A stretch of DNA of 64,000 nt, taken from positions 2,048,001 through 2,112,000 of the forward strand of contig CBDCXL010000002.1 of NCBI GenBank assembly GCA_965223795.1, given 5' to 3'. Source of the DNA: Nitrospinales bacterium. GTDB lineage: Bacteria; Nitrospinota; Nitrospinia; Nitrospinales; VA-1. The notes beneath the pieces are model-generated. The model worked only from the letters and a program-made list of their open reading frames with translations, was not told where the DNA came from and ran no database searches. Positions 8,979-18,757 of this stretch are shown piece by piece. How positions within the stretch are numbered: position 1 is the first letter of the stretch; every line of letters starts with the position of its first letter. The position numbers and the translations under genes were made by a program.

Positions 8979-10583
8979 ATGCGGCGTCATCAGTGTTCCT
9001 TCACATTCATGGCCTTCATTTTCTGTGGCTTATTGCCCGCCTGCGCGGTCCAGCAGGACGCTTTTCGACGCGAAGCGGCGTTGGACACCCCGGTGGAGCC
9101 TTCGGTTGCATCGCAGGATGAGCGCGGGACCGTTGCGCCTGGGGCGAAACACCGGCCACCGCAGCAGCCGGCTCAGCCGGAAAGCGAAAGCCCGGTGGAC
9201 CTCACGCTCACCCAGCCGGAGCTGACGCCGAAAAAACCTACGCTGCGCGGACCGAGGTTCAACCTTTCTGTGGAGAACGCGGACGTTAGGACCGTGCTGT
9301 TCGCTGTGTCGCAGAAGACCGGCCAGAACATCGTCATCGATCCTGAGATCGACAGCCGCGTCACGGTGAATCTTAAAAACGTGACGCTGCCGCAGGTCCT
9401 GGAGCAGGTCCTGGGACCGCTGGGGCTGGACCATGCGATCGAAAATGATTTCATTCGCGTGCGCCGCATGCAGATGGCAACGCGGATCTTTCAACTGAAC
9501 TACATCCTGTCACGGCGGGAAGGCGCCGGCCGTCTTGAGGCGGTGCGGGGCTGGGACGGGACGCACGCGGACCGCCAGCAGGGATCGAAACCGCCGCCGC
9601 GCTCCGCGAACCTCGTCCAGTCTTCCGAGGAGACCGATCTCTGGCAGGAAATCGAGACCGGCCTGCAGCGCATGGTCTCCGGCGCAAGCGGAAAGACGGC
9701 CGCCGGAGCGGAAATAACGTTCGATGCGTATCACTCGATCAACCGGCAGTCCGGCGTGATCCTGGTGCGCGACAGACCGGACGTGCTGCTGCGCGTCGCG
9801 GAATTTCTGGAAGCGGTCGAAGGATCGGTGCAGCGGCAGGTGTTCATCCAGGCGAAGATCCTGGAAGTGTCGCTCAACGATCAGTTCAAGACCGGAATCG
9901 ACTGGCAGGAAGTCGCCGCGCTGCAAGGGGCGGACGCAGAGCCCGGCGGCCTCAAGCTGGGGCTGGGCCGCACGTCGCTGAATGCGGTGATCGACACGCT
10001 CTCCCGGCAGGGCGAGGTGCAGGTCCTTTCGAGTCCGAAACTGGCGACGCTGAACAACCAGCGCGCGGTGATGAAAGCGGGCCGGGAGGATGTGTATTTC
10101 TTTGCCGACGCTCAGGCTGCGGATGCGGAGCGCGCCTTCGTCGCGGCGCCGGTCGCGGAAGGCATCGTTCTGGATGTGGTGCCGCAGATCAACGCCAACG
10201 GCACGATCATGATGAGCATCCACACCCACATCTCGGAAAAAGCGGGAGAGCGGACCTCTCCCGATGGAACCCGTTCGCTGCCGATCCTGGAAGTGCGCGA
10301 ATCGAACAACGTGGTGCTGGCGCGCAACGGCCAGACGGTGGTGATCGGCGGATTGATGAAATCCAGACGCAGCCAAAGCGCCAGAGCGGCGCATCGGTTT
10401 TCCATTCTGGAGCGACTGTTTCCCGGCGAGGGAACGGAGCGCGCGAGATCGGAACTGGTCATCCTGCTGACCCCGGAGATCATGGTGGGGGCGGCCATCG
10501 ACGACAGACTGAAAAAAGAAACGGACCGGCTTGAACGATTCGATCTTTCCGGCCGGTTCCCAATGGGAACCTCCAAACCGTAA
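8979..10583 (+). CDS. mshL: Secretin, MshL-like outer-membrane lipoprotein
   Basis: Lipobox LPAC; STN-like N domain; TRIFQLNY; INRQSGVILV; RQVFIQAKILEV...GIDW; VLSSPKLATLNNQRA; VVIGGL; SELVILLTP. Confidence 0.8.
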   Translation: MRRHQCSFTFMAFIFCGLLPACAVQQDAFRREAALDTPVEPSVASQDERGTVAPGAKHRPPQQPAQPESESPVDLTLTQPELTPKKPTLRGPRFNLSVENADVRTVLFAVSQKTGQNIVIDPEIDSRVTVNLKNVTLPQVLEQVLGPLGLDHAIENDFIRVRRMQMATRIFQLNYILSRREGAGRLEAVRGWDGTHADRQQGSKPPPRSANLVQSSEETDLWQEIETGLQRMVSGASGKTAAGAEITFDAYHSINRQSGVILVRDRPDVLLRVAEFLEAVEGSVQRQVFIQAKILEVSLNDQFKTGIDWQEVAALQGADAEPGGLKLGLGRTSLNAVIDTLSRQGEVQVLSSPKLATLNNQRAVMKAGREDVYFFADAQAADAERAFVAAPVAEGIVLDVVPQINANGTIMMSIHTHISEKAGERTSPDGTRSLPILEVRESNNVVLARNGQTVVIGGLMKSRRSQSARAAHRFSILERLFPGEGTERARSELVILLTPEIMVGAAIDDRLKKETDRLERFDLSGRFPMGTSKP

Positions 10584-10591
10584 ACTGAGCC

Positions 10592-12196
10592 ATGTACGAA
10601 CAATTTTACAGACTGACCGAAAAACCCTTCAACCTGACACCCGACCCGAAGTTTTTCTTCATGAGCCGGCAGCACCAGGGTGCGATGGACCATCTGCTGT
10701 ACGGCATCAAGCAGCGGGAGGGGTTCATGGCGGTGGTGGGCGCCGTGGGAACGGGCAAGACCACGTTGTGCCGGTGCCTGCTGGAAAAGCTGGAGCCGAA
10801 AATCAAGGTGGCGCTGGTGCTGAACCCGATGGTTTCGGATATGGACCTGCTTCGGACCTGTGTGCAGGATCTGGGCGTGACGCCGGTGAAAACCCTGGTC
10901 GACGATGCAGCGCCGCAGTTGACGTTCGGTGAGGATATCGGGGAGGATGCCGGTATCGATCCGGAGTCGCTCGCGGTTCCCATCGAAGACGGCGGCGAAA
11001 ACGCGGAGAGCGCGCCTGAAGTGGATGCCATGTCGATGGACGAACTGGTTGTGGAGACCCTTCCGGCGGATGAGCTGAACGGCGACTGGGTTTACGGCGC
11101 GAGCAAGATCGAGCTGATCGACGCGTTGAACGACTTTCTTTTAGAGCAGCACCGGGCGGGCGGTTCCACGGTGCTGATCATCGACGAGGCGCAGAACCTG
11201 TCGCTGGACGTGATGGAGCAGCTGCGCGTGCTTTCCAATCTGGAGACCGAAAAGGAAAAACTGCTGCAGATCATTTTCGTGGGACAGAAGGAGCTGACCG
11301 AAAAACTGCAGCGGCCGGAGTTGAAGCAGCTCAACCAGAGAATCTCGATCCGCTTTGAGATCGGTCCGCTGTCGAAAGAGGAGACGACGCAGTACATCCA
11401 GCACCGGATCCTGATCGCCGGAGCGGGTGCGCGCGTGAGCTTCAACAAGGCGGCGGTCGGCGAGGTGTTCCGCTATTCCAGGGGAACGCCGCGGTTGATC
11501 AACCTGGCGTGCGACCGGGCTCTGCTGGCCGGGTACAACGTGCAGGCGGACACGATCGAGCGCGGGCACGTCAAGCAGGGCGTGCAGAGCCTGCTCGGCA
11601 AGGAAGGCCGCACAAAGCCGGACGGCGGGATTTTCAAATCGCGTGCTCCCGTGTATGCCGTGGCGGCGATTCTGCTGATCGGATTGACGTCGGTGCTGCT
11701 GCCGCGGCTGGATATCGACCTGCACGAAAAAACCCGCAAGTTCCGGTCTTTGATCGCCGCGCTGCCCTTTGTCCCGGCGGGCACCGAATCGGCGCGCACG
11801 CCTGGCCCGAAAGTGAAAAAACCGTCGCCGGCGAAACGGGCTGCCACGGTTCCCTCCAGGGGACCGGACCGCGAGGTGGAAAACAGTCCCACGCAACCGG
11901 CTCCGCAACCGGATGTCGCGGATGCGGTGTTCCCGGCTGTGTTTCCCCAGGGCAAGGGGGATTACCGGATTCAGCTGTATTCTTTGAACGAAGCGGCGAT
12001 GGCGGACGAGGAAGTCGAACGGCTGCGCGAAGAGGGTTTCGACGCCTACTGGAAAAAGGCTTCATCCCGCGGGCAGGATTGGTATATCGTGTACGTGGGT
12101 CCGTTCAAGGACATGAAACCCGCCCGCATTTATCTGGATGCGTTGAAATACTCCGGACGCAACCCGATTCTTCTGTCCGTTTCCAAGTCCGGTTGA
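10592..12196 (+). CDS. ExeA/MshM-family AAA ATPase with TM segment and C-terminal SPOR domain
   Basis: MYEQFYRLTEKPFNLTPDP; Walker A GAVGTGKTT; Walker B LIIDEAQ; SRGTPRLINLACDRAL; SPOR-like YRIQLYS...WYIVYVGPF. Confidence 0.88.
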   Translation: MYEQFYRLTEKPFNLTPDPKFFFMSRQHQGAMDHLLYGIKQREGFMAVVGAVGTGKTTLCRCLLEKLEPKIKVALVLNPMVSDMDLLRTCVQDLGVTPVKTLVDDAAPQLTFGEDIGEDAGIDPESLAVPIEDGGENAESAPEVDAMSMDELVVETLPADELNGDWVYGASKIELIDALNDFLLEQHRAGGSTVLIIDEAQNLSLDVMEQLRVLSNLETEKEKLLQIIFVGQKELTEKLQRPELKQLNQRISIRFEIGPLSKEETTQYIQHRILIAGAGARVSFNKAAVGEVFRYSRGTPRLINLACDRALLAGYNVQADTIERGHVKQGVQSLLGKEGRTKPDGGIFKSRAPVYAVAAILLIGLTSVLLPRLDIDLHEKTRKFRSLIAALPFVPAGTESARTPGPKVKKPSPAKRAATVPSRGPDREVENSPTQPAPQPDVADAVFPAVFPQGKGDYRIQLYSLNEAAMADEEVERLREEGFDAYWKKASSRGQDWYIVYVGPFKDMKPARIYLDALKYSGRNPILLSVSKSG

Positions 12197-12206
12197 GTGT
12201 GCCGTT

Positions 12207-13808
12207 TTGAGCCTGATTGCCGACAGCCTGAAAAAAGCTTCGCAGGAAAAGAAGGCTGAGTGGAGCCTGCCGCCGGATTACAACGTGGTGTCCCGAAAAC
12301 CGGGAAACGCGCGTGTCGGCACGCTGCTCAAGTTCCTGCTGCTGGTCCTGATTCCGGCGGGCATCCTGATTTATCTGTTCCAAGAAGGCGCGTTCCAATC
12401 CCTTTTGAGCACCCGTTCCGGCACACCGGCCGTCTCGCCGGTTCCCGCTGAATCGGCCGCCACACCCGCTCCCCGCAACGCACCCGTGAGCCGTTACCGT
12501 TCCCCCGCCGAGATCGCGGCGGCGAACGAGAGGACAACCCGCTCCGCCTCTGTCGAAACCGCGGCGCCGGAACCCTCCGCGGCGGTTGCGCCGAAGCCTG
12601 CGATCCAAAAAAAAACACCTATCCCGCCGCCTGAGAAACCCAGGTCCCAAGCGAAACCCGCGGCACGCCAAACGATTTCGCAAGCCGCACCGGCGCGCAA
12701 ACCAGCAAAGGCGGTGAACCCGAAACCGGCGGCAGCCGCACCGGTGGAGCTGGTGACGGCCGAGGCGTCGCACCCGATACCGCAACATCCGCAAACGGTG
12801 AAAAGGCAGGCGGCCGCAACTCTCCAATCCCAGGCCGCGATGCAGCCGGTCCCGAAAATTGCGGGCGCAGTGGGTGCCCGGCCCCTGTCTCCGCAGGCGG
12901 TTGCGATCGCCGCGAAGCCCGCGGATCCGGTTGCTGAAGGCAATTCCCGGCCCGTGCCGAAAGAGCACGCGTCCGAGGCCGGTTTTGTGTCCCCGCAGGC
13001 CGTGGCGCCGAAAGCCGTGCTCCCGGCCGGAGAGACGAAGAACGTGCGGATTCAGACGCCACAGGCCGCATCCCGGGTCGACGCTGCGGTGCTTGAGCCT
13101 GCACCCGTGACTGCGAGAACGGAAACCCCGGTCCCCGCGAACAAGGCGGTCGAGGGCGAACAAAACGGTATCGCTTCCCCGTTCTCGGCGGAACAGATCC
13201 AGCTGCTCGATGCGCCCGCTTCCGATGCGCTGTTTCAAAGCGGCGATTATCATTTCAACCGGGCGCTGTTTTACCAGCAGGCCAAAGACTGGGATAAAGC
13301 GCTCGTCAGCTATAGCCGGGCGGCCGAGCTGGATCCGGACAACGCCGACACCTACAACAACAAAGGGGTGATTTACAAGGAATTGGGACAGTACGACCGG
13401 GCGGTGGAGGAACTGCTGCGGGCGGTGTTCCTCAAGCCGGACTACGGCAAGGCATACAACAACATCGGCGTGGTATACTATCTGCAAAATAAATACGACG
13501 AGGCGATCCGCAACTACCGCAAAGCGATCGAGATCGACCCGGCCAATCTGGAGGCGTTCAACAACCTGGCCATTGCGTATAAAAACCGCGGCGAGCCCTT
13601 GAAAGCTCAGAGGGTGTTGAACCGCGCACTTTCTCTCGATGCCGATCATCCGGCCACCAATTACAATCTGGCGGTGTTTTATGAAGAAGCGGGGGACAGG
13701 ACCTCGGCGCTGCATTATTACCGGCGTTTTTTACAAGTGGGCACGGCCGGGCACCCGTTGCTGGTGCTCAAGGTGAAACAGCATGTGAAGTCGCTTGCAC
13801 AGCGCTGA
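12207..13808 (+). CDS. Membrane-anchored TPR protein (MshN/GspB-like) with Pro/Ala-rich linker
   Basis: MSLIADSLKKA N-terminus, one TM helix, long Pro/Ala linker, about five C-terminal TPRs (YNNKGVIY, YNNIGVVY, FNNLAIAY, YNLAVFY); TTG start. Confidence 0.8.
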   Translation: MSLIADSLKKASQEKKAEWSLPPDYNVVSRKPGNARVGTLLKFLLLVLIPAGILIYLFQEGAFQSLLSTRSGTPAVSPVPAESAATPAPRNAPVSRYRSPAEIAAANERTTRSASVETAAPEPSAAVAPKPAIQKKTPIPPPEKPRSQAKPAARQTISQAAPARKPAKAVNPKPAAAAPVELVTAEASHPIPQHPQTVKRQAAATLQSQAAMQPVPKIAGAVGARPLSPQAVAIAAKPADPVAEGNSRPVPKEHASEAGFVSPQAVAPKAVLPAGETKNVRIQTPQAASRVDAAVLEPAPVTARTETPVPANKAVEGEQNGIASPFSAEQIQLLDAPASDALFQSGDYHFNRALFYQQAKDWDKALVSYSRAAELDPDNADTYNNKGVIYKELGQYDRAVEELLRAVFLKPDYGKAYNNIGVVYYLQNKYDEAIRNYRKAIEIDPANLEAFNNLAIAYKNRGEPLKAQRVLNRALSLDADHPATNYNLAVFYEEAGDRTSALHYYRRFLQVGTAGHPLLVLKVKQHVKSLAQR

Positions 13809-13859
13809 AGAAAACGTGAAAGCGAAAGCGCGCCGCGTCCGCGGCCTTTATTTTGAGTC

Positions 13860-14531
13860 ATGAAAAAACTCCGAAAAGGAATCAAGAAAAATCTGATCGC
13901 GGGCCTATTGGTCATCGTGCCGACGGCCCTGACCTACATGGTGCTGGCGTTCGTCATCCGCAACGTGGATAAGGCCATGCACCCGATCATCATCAAGGTG
14001 TTCGGCCCCGAGGGCCCGCAGCTGATGGAGCAGTACCACATCCCCGGTACGGGCGTGCTGTTTCTGGTGCTGTTCATCATTCTGGTGGGGCTGTTCGCCA
14101 CGAATTTTCTCGGCAGGAAGGTGCTGCAGCTGGGGGAGAGGATCGTTCACAACATCCCCTTCGTGCGGGTGATCTACACCAGCATCAAAAAGGTGGTCGA
14201 CACCATCTCGCAGACCGAAACGCCTTCGTTTCAGGAGATGGTGCTTTTGACCTACCCGCGGCCACCTTTGAAGACGCTGGGGATCGTGTGCGGGCCGACG
14301 AAAGGGGAAATCGCGGCCATGAACAATTCGGATTCGATCAATGTGTTCGTTCCCACCTCGCCCAACCCGACAACCGGGTTTCTGCTGGTGGTTCCCAAGC
14401 GGGACCTGGTGTTTCTGGATATGTCGGTGGAAGACGGTCTGAAGATGATCATCTCTTTCGGGATGGTCAACAACGCCCAGCCGGAAGACGCCGACGCTGT
14501 TGCAGAGATGTCTTTGAAGTCGAAAGAATGA
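13860..14531 (+). CDS. DUF502 family membrane protein
   Basis: AGLLVIVP, IPFVRVIYTSIK and VFVPTSPNPTTGFL motifs. Confidence 0.9.
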   Translation: MKKLRKGIKKNLIAGLLVIVPTALTYMVLAFVIRNVDKAMHPIIIKVFGPEGPQLMEQYHIPGTGVLFLVLFIILVGLFATNFLGRKVLQLGERIVHNIPFVRVIYTSIKKVVDTISQTETPSFQEMVLLTYPRPPLKTLGIVCGPTKGEIAAMNNSDSINVFVPTSPNPTTGFLLVVPKRDLVFLDMSVEDGLKMIISFGMVNNAQPEDADAVAEMSLKSKE

Positions 14532-14540
14532 GGGGGCGGT

Positions 14541-15143
14541 TTATTTTTTCCGGTTCTTTCTCTTGCCCGCCAGCTTTTCGCTGATGTTTTTCGCCACCCG
14601 CACGTTTAGCTTGCTCAGGACCTTTCCCGCTACCTTGCTCTTCATCCCGGAAATGATCTGAATGGCGAGGTCCTCGTTGATGGCTTCTAAAAGATTGGCC
14701 GCCTCCTGCGGCTTCATGCTGGAATAGGCTTTCACCAGCGCCTCGACATTTTTCTTGATCAGGTTTTTCTGAATCCCGATCTGTTCCTGACTTTTGGCGA
14801 TGGCGTCTTCTATTTTTTTCAGGTCTTCCTGGATCTTCTGCTCCAGCGCCTTGAGGTGCTGTTCCCGTAACTGAATGTTCTCCTCCCGCTGTTTCAGGTC
14901 GCGGTTTTTTTTCTCGATCATTTCGATCATGCGGAAGGTTTCCGGGCTGACGCCGGGCACCGGGCCGGGCAGGCTCACCGGGGGCGCGGGCTCGCTTTCT
15001 TCGGCGGCAGGAGCGTCCGCGGTTTCGGCCTCTTCTTCCTGGGCGAACGCGGCGTTGCCCGGAGTGCTCTGATCGACGATCTCCGCGGCAAGCAGCAGAA
15101 CGGCGAAAAAAAGCGGGATGAGGATGGAGGCGCGTGCTTTCAT
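14541..15143 (-). CDS. MotE/FlbB-like flagellar protein (coiled coil plus MgtE_N-like domain)
   Basis: Signal/TM segment, coiled coil, LVKAYSSMKPQEAANLL...MKSKVAGKVLSKL; directly downstream of fliJ. Confidence 0.8.
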   Translation of the reverse strand: MKARASILIPLFFAVLLLAAEIVDQSTPGNAAFAQEEEAETADAPAAEESEPAPPVSLPGPVPGVSPETFRMIEMIEKKNRDLKQREENIQLREQHLKALEQKIQEDLKKIEDAIAKSQEQIGIQKNLIKKNVEALVKAYSSMKPQEAANLLEAINEDLAIQIISGMKSKVAGKVLSKLNVRVAKNISEKLAGKRKNRKK

Positions 15144-15153
15144 GGTTTCGGGT

Positions 15154-15588
15154 TCACGTATTCAGCCGCCAGACGTTGGCGCCGGTTTCGTCCTGGATCG
15201 CGATTTCCTTTTTGAACGCCGCCTTTTTCTGCCGGGCGGCTTCGTTTTCCTTGAGGATCTCCAGGGTCCGCCGCTGACGTACGGCTTCGATGAGTTCGGC
15301 CCGCTTGAGCCGGGATTTTTCCTCGATCTGGGCGATGATCTGATCCTGCCGTTTTTTTTCGTTGTTCACGCCGGAAAAAAAATGACCGTACAGCACCACC
15401 TGGTCGATGTTCAGGGTCTGCCCCATTTTCTGAGTGAGTTCTTTTTTCCGGTCGGCCGCGATGTCCTGCATGAACTGCAGGCGTTTTTTCTGGTTCTCAA
15501 GATGGGCATCGATCACGCCCAGCTCTCTCGCGATCTGGTCTTCGCGGCTTTTGCGGATCTTGAGCAGGGTTTCGAAGCGGAATTTCAA
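15154..15588 (-). CDS. fliJ: Flagellar export protein FliJ
   Basis: KFRFETLLKIRK start, coiled coil, overlaps the fliI stop. Confidence 0.88.
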   Translation of the reverse strand: MKFRFETLLKIRKSREDQIARELGVIDAHLENQKKRLQFMQDIAADRKKELTQKMGQTLNIDQVVLYGHFFSGVNNEKKRQDQIIAQIEEKSRLKRAELIEAVRQRRTLEILKENEAARQKKAAFKKEIAIQDETGANVWRLNT

Positions 15589-16916
15589 AACGTGCGCCCT
15601 TCAAGAATCATCCGCAGTCCCTGGATGCTGTCATCGAGGGACACGGATTCGTGAATCTTCTGTTTGAGATACGCGTTCATGGCTTCGATCTTGTTGAGCG
15701 CGTCGTCGATTTTGGGATTGCTGCCTTTGGTGTATGCGCCGATGTTGATGAGGTCCTCCGCTTCCTTGTAGGTCGCCAGCACGTCGCGGAAGCGCATGGC
15801 AAGGTCCAGGTGATCCTGGGAAACGACGTCGATCATCAGGCGGCTGATGCTGTTGAGCACGTCGATCGCGGGATAGTGGTTGTGCGCGGCCAGCTCGCGG
15901 CTCAACACGATGTGCCCGTCGATGATGGCGCGCACGGCGTCGGACACCGGTTCGTTGAGGTCGTCGCCTTCGACGAGCACGGTGTACAGCCCGGTGATCG
16001 AGCCCGCGCCTTTGTGGGTTCCGGCGCGTTCCAGCAGTTTGGGGAGCAGCGAAAACACCGAGGGCGGGTAGCCCCGGGTTGTCGGCGGCTCGCCGACGGA
16101 CAGGCCGATCTCCCGCTGGGCCAGGGCGAAGCGGGTGAGCGAGTCCATCATGAGGAGGACGTCTTTGCCCTGATCGCGGAAATACTCGGCGATGGCGGTG
16201 GCGGTGAACGCGCCGCGCAGACGGACCAGCGGCGGTTGATCGGATGCGGCGGCGACGACGACCGATTTTTCCAGGCCGTCTTCTCCCAGGTTTTCCTCGA
16301 TGAACTCTTTGACCTCGCGTCCGCGCTCGCCGATGAGCGCGATCACGATCACGTCGGCCGCGGTGTAGCGTGCGATCATGCCCAGCAGCACCGACTTGCC
16401 CACGCCGGTCCCCGCCATGATGCCGATCCGCTGTCCCTTGGCGCAGGTGAGCAGTCCGTTCACGGAGCGGATGCCGATGTCCAAAGACTGCCTCAGCCGG
16501 GTCCGTTCCATCGGGTTCGCCGGCGCGCCCATGATGGGGTAGTCCCGGCCGGGAGCGCAGGGGCCCTTGCCGTCGAGAGGGCGGCCGTTGCCGTCGATGA
16601 TGCGGCCGATGAGCTGATCGCTCACGTTCACGCTGGGGTATTCGTCCTCGGAGACGATGGGACTCCCCGGCTGCACGCCCATCAGATCGCCCAGCGGCAT
16701 GAGCAGCGTGCTGTCGTCGCGAAAACCCACCACCTGGGCTTCCACGGGCGGCCGGTCGTTGCCGGGGTGGATGGTGCACAGGCTGCCGATGGAGGCGGCC
16801 GGGCCCTGGCCTTCGAGGATGAGCCCGATGATCCGTTTCACCTTGCCGGTTTTGCGGATGAACGCGGCGCTTTCGATGAAGGAACGGTATTTTTTAAGAT
16901 CGATGGTGTCCGTCAC
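15585..16916 (-). CDS. fliI: Flagellar export ATPase FliI
   Basis: AGTGVGKS, ALIGERGREV, MDSLTRFA, GEPPTTRGYPPS and DGHIVLSR. Confidence 0.96.
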   Translation of the reverse strand: MTDTIDLKKYRSFIESAAFIRKTGKVKRIIGLILEGQGPAASIGSLCTIHPGNDRPPVEAQVVGFRDDSTLLMPLGDLMGVQPGSPIVSEDEYPSVNVSDQLIGRIIDGNGRPLDGKGPCAPGRDYPIMGAPANPMERTRLRQSLDIGIRSVNGLLTCAKGQRIGIMAGTGVGKSVLLGMIARYTAADVIVIALIGERGREVKEFIEENLGEDGLEKSVVVAAASDQPPLVRLRGAFTATAIAEYFRDQGKDVLLMMDSLTRFALAQREIGLSVGEPPTTRGYPPSVFSLLPKLLERAGTHKGAGSITGLYTVLVEGDDLNEPVSDAVRAIIDGHIVLSRELAAHNHYPAIDVLNSISRLMIDVVSQDHLDLAMRFRDVLATYKEAEDLINIGAYTKGSNPKIDDALNKIEAMNAYLKQKIHESVSLDDSIQGLRMILEGRTF

Positions 16917-16921
16917 TTAAG

Positions 16922-17710
16922 TCATTCCTCACTCGGTTCCGGCGGATTGGGAGCGAGATGCAGCAGCTTGTCGATCTGCGCTTCCAGCTGATCCATGCGG
17001 GCGTCGACGGTGCCGAAATTCGATTCGACCACGCAGCCGCCGCGTTCGATGCCGGGATTTTCCTCGAAGGCGACGTTTTTGATCTCGCCGAACAGCGCCG
17101 CCAGTTCGGGACGGAATTTTTCCGCGTATTCCTTGTCTTTCGGGTTGACCTGGATGGTCATCGATTCCTTGTCGAGCACCGACTGCACCGCGAGGCGGAT
17201 CATTTCCTGGACGTTTTCCTCTTTGGTGGACAGCTCGACGTGGATGATTTTTTTCACCAGGGCCACGACCATTTCGATCATCTCTCGTTCCACTTTGGGA
17301 TACATGTTGTTGCGGAACGTGGACAATTCTTCGATCAGGCCTTGCAGGGTTTCGAGCAGGGGACCGCATTCCTCCCGGGCCTGGCTCTCGCCCTGGGCGA
17401 AGCCTTCGGCGTGTCCTTGCTCCCGCCCCTCCTGCTCGGCCTGCGTTTTGATTTCGGCGGCCTGGGTTTTGGCTTTTGCGTACGCGTCGCTCAGGATCTG
17501 CTTCACGCCTGTCCGGGCTTTTTTTATATTTTGCGGGTCGAGGTCGCGCGCTTCTTCAGAGTCGTAAACGAACCCGGTTTGACGCGGTCCTTTTTCTTCG
17601 TGCTCGAGAAAGGTGAATTTGACCGGTTCTCCCGAAGCGGGCTGGCCGGCGTTTTCGGGATCGCCGCCGGTGAACAGGCCGGGCTTGAAATCCGGAGCGG
17701 GCTCAGACAA
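16922..17710 (-). CDS. fliH: Flagellar assembly protein FliH
   Basis: GxxxG repeats (EGREQGHAEGFAQG) and GGCVVESNFGTVDAR; lies between fliG and fliI. Confidence 0.9.
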   Translation of the reverse strand: MSEPAPDFKPGLFTGGDPENAGQPASGEPVKFTFLEHEEKGPRQTGFVYDSEEARDLDPQNIKKARTGVKQILSDAYAKAKTQAAEIKTQAEQEGREQGHAEGFAQGESQAREECGPLLETLQGLIEELSTFRNNMYPKVEREMIEMVVALVKKIIHVELSTKEENVQEMIRLAVQSVLDKESMTIQVNPKDKEYAEKFRPELAALFGEIKNVAFEENPGIERGGCVVESNFGTVDARMDQLEAQIDKLLHLAPNPPEPSEE

Positions 17711-18713
17711 GTTCTTCGCCTCCCGCTCCGCCGACGGCCAGCTTGCCTTCCTCTTCGAGACGCTTGCAGACCGCCACGATTTTCTGCTGCGCCTTCTCGA
17801 CTTCGCTGATCTTGGTCGGACCCATGGATTCGAGGTCTTCCTTGAGCATCAGCCCCGCCCGTTCGGACATATTGTTGAACCATTTTTCCTTGAGGCCGTC
17901 GCTCGCGGTCTTGAGCGAGATCAGCAGATCCTCCTGGTTGATTTCCTTGAGGATCATCTGGATGCCGTGGTCGTCGATTTTGAGGATGTCCTCGTAGGTG
18001 AAGCGCAGGTTGCGGATTTCGTTGGCCATGTCCGGATCGACCTCGTCCATGGCGCTCAGGATCGACGATTCGGTGGCCCTGTCGAGCGACCCCATGATCT
18101 GCGCGGCGTTTTCCAGCCCGCCGAGCTTGCTGCCGGACACCGCGCCGGAAGCGCGGAATTCGTGCTGCAGCGCTTCGTCCAGCTCGCGGATGATGTGCGG
18201 CGACACGCGCTCCAGCGACGCGAGGCGGTGTACGATTTCCATGCGGTGTTCTTCGGGCAGCTCGCGGATGGTCTGGCTGGCGATCTGGGGTTCCAGGTGC
18301 GCCATGACGATGGCGGCGGTCTGCGGATGCTCGCTGGCCAGAAAGGAGGCGATGGTCCTCGGTTCGAGCATGCGCACGGTCTCCAGGCCGCCGCCGATCT
18401 CCTCACCGGGCGTGGTGATGTTGTTGAGGATTTCGGTGGCCTTGTTGGGATCGAGGGCTTTCATCAGCGTGGTTTTCAAAAATTCCATGCCGCCGATGCC
18501 CAATCCGCCGGTGCCCGCTTCCACGCTGTCGAAAAATTCCTTGGTGACGTTGTCCATCACCACGGTGTCGACGTCTCCCAGGGAGGACATGTAGTTGCCG
18601 ATGATCTGGATTTCCCGCTCGTCCATGTTGGCGAGCACCGCGGCGGCGTTTTCCTCGCCCAGGGACATGAGCAGGATGGCGGCCTTTTCCGGTCCGGTGT
18701 ACTTGGTGGTCAT
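17703..18713 (-). CDS. fliG: Flagellar motor switch protein FliG
   Basis: KAAILLMSLG, EHPQT, GG linker, FTYEDI, NMSERA and EVEKAQ. Confidence 0.96.
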   Translation of the reverse strand: MTTKYTGPEKAAILLMSLGEENAAAVLANMDEREIQIIGNYMSSLGDVDTVVMDNVTKEFFDSVEAGTGGLGIGGMEFLKTTLMKALDPNKATEILNNITTPGEEIGGGLETVRMLEPRTIASFLASEHPQTAAIVMAHLEPQIASQTIRELPEEHRMEIVHRLASLERVSPHIIRELDEALQHEFRASGAVSGSKLGGLENAAQIMGSLDRATESSILSAMDEVDPDMANEIRNLRFTYEDILKIDDHGIQMILKEINQEDLLISLKTASDGLKEKWFNNMSERAGLMLKEDLESMGPTKISEVEKAQQKIVAVCKRLEEEGKLAVGGAGGEELV

Positions 18714-18757
18714 GCCGATGCCTCAATCGATGTGAATGACTGCGGATTCCTTTGCGA

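Noticed and set aside
10886..11090. Intein in the ExeA-type ATPase
   Set aside because: Too short, and there is no Cys/Ser start or His-Asn end.
12410..13190. Repeat array in the TPR gene
   Set aside because: This is a low-complexity Pro/Ala linker in coding sequence with no discrete repeat unit.
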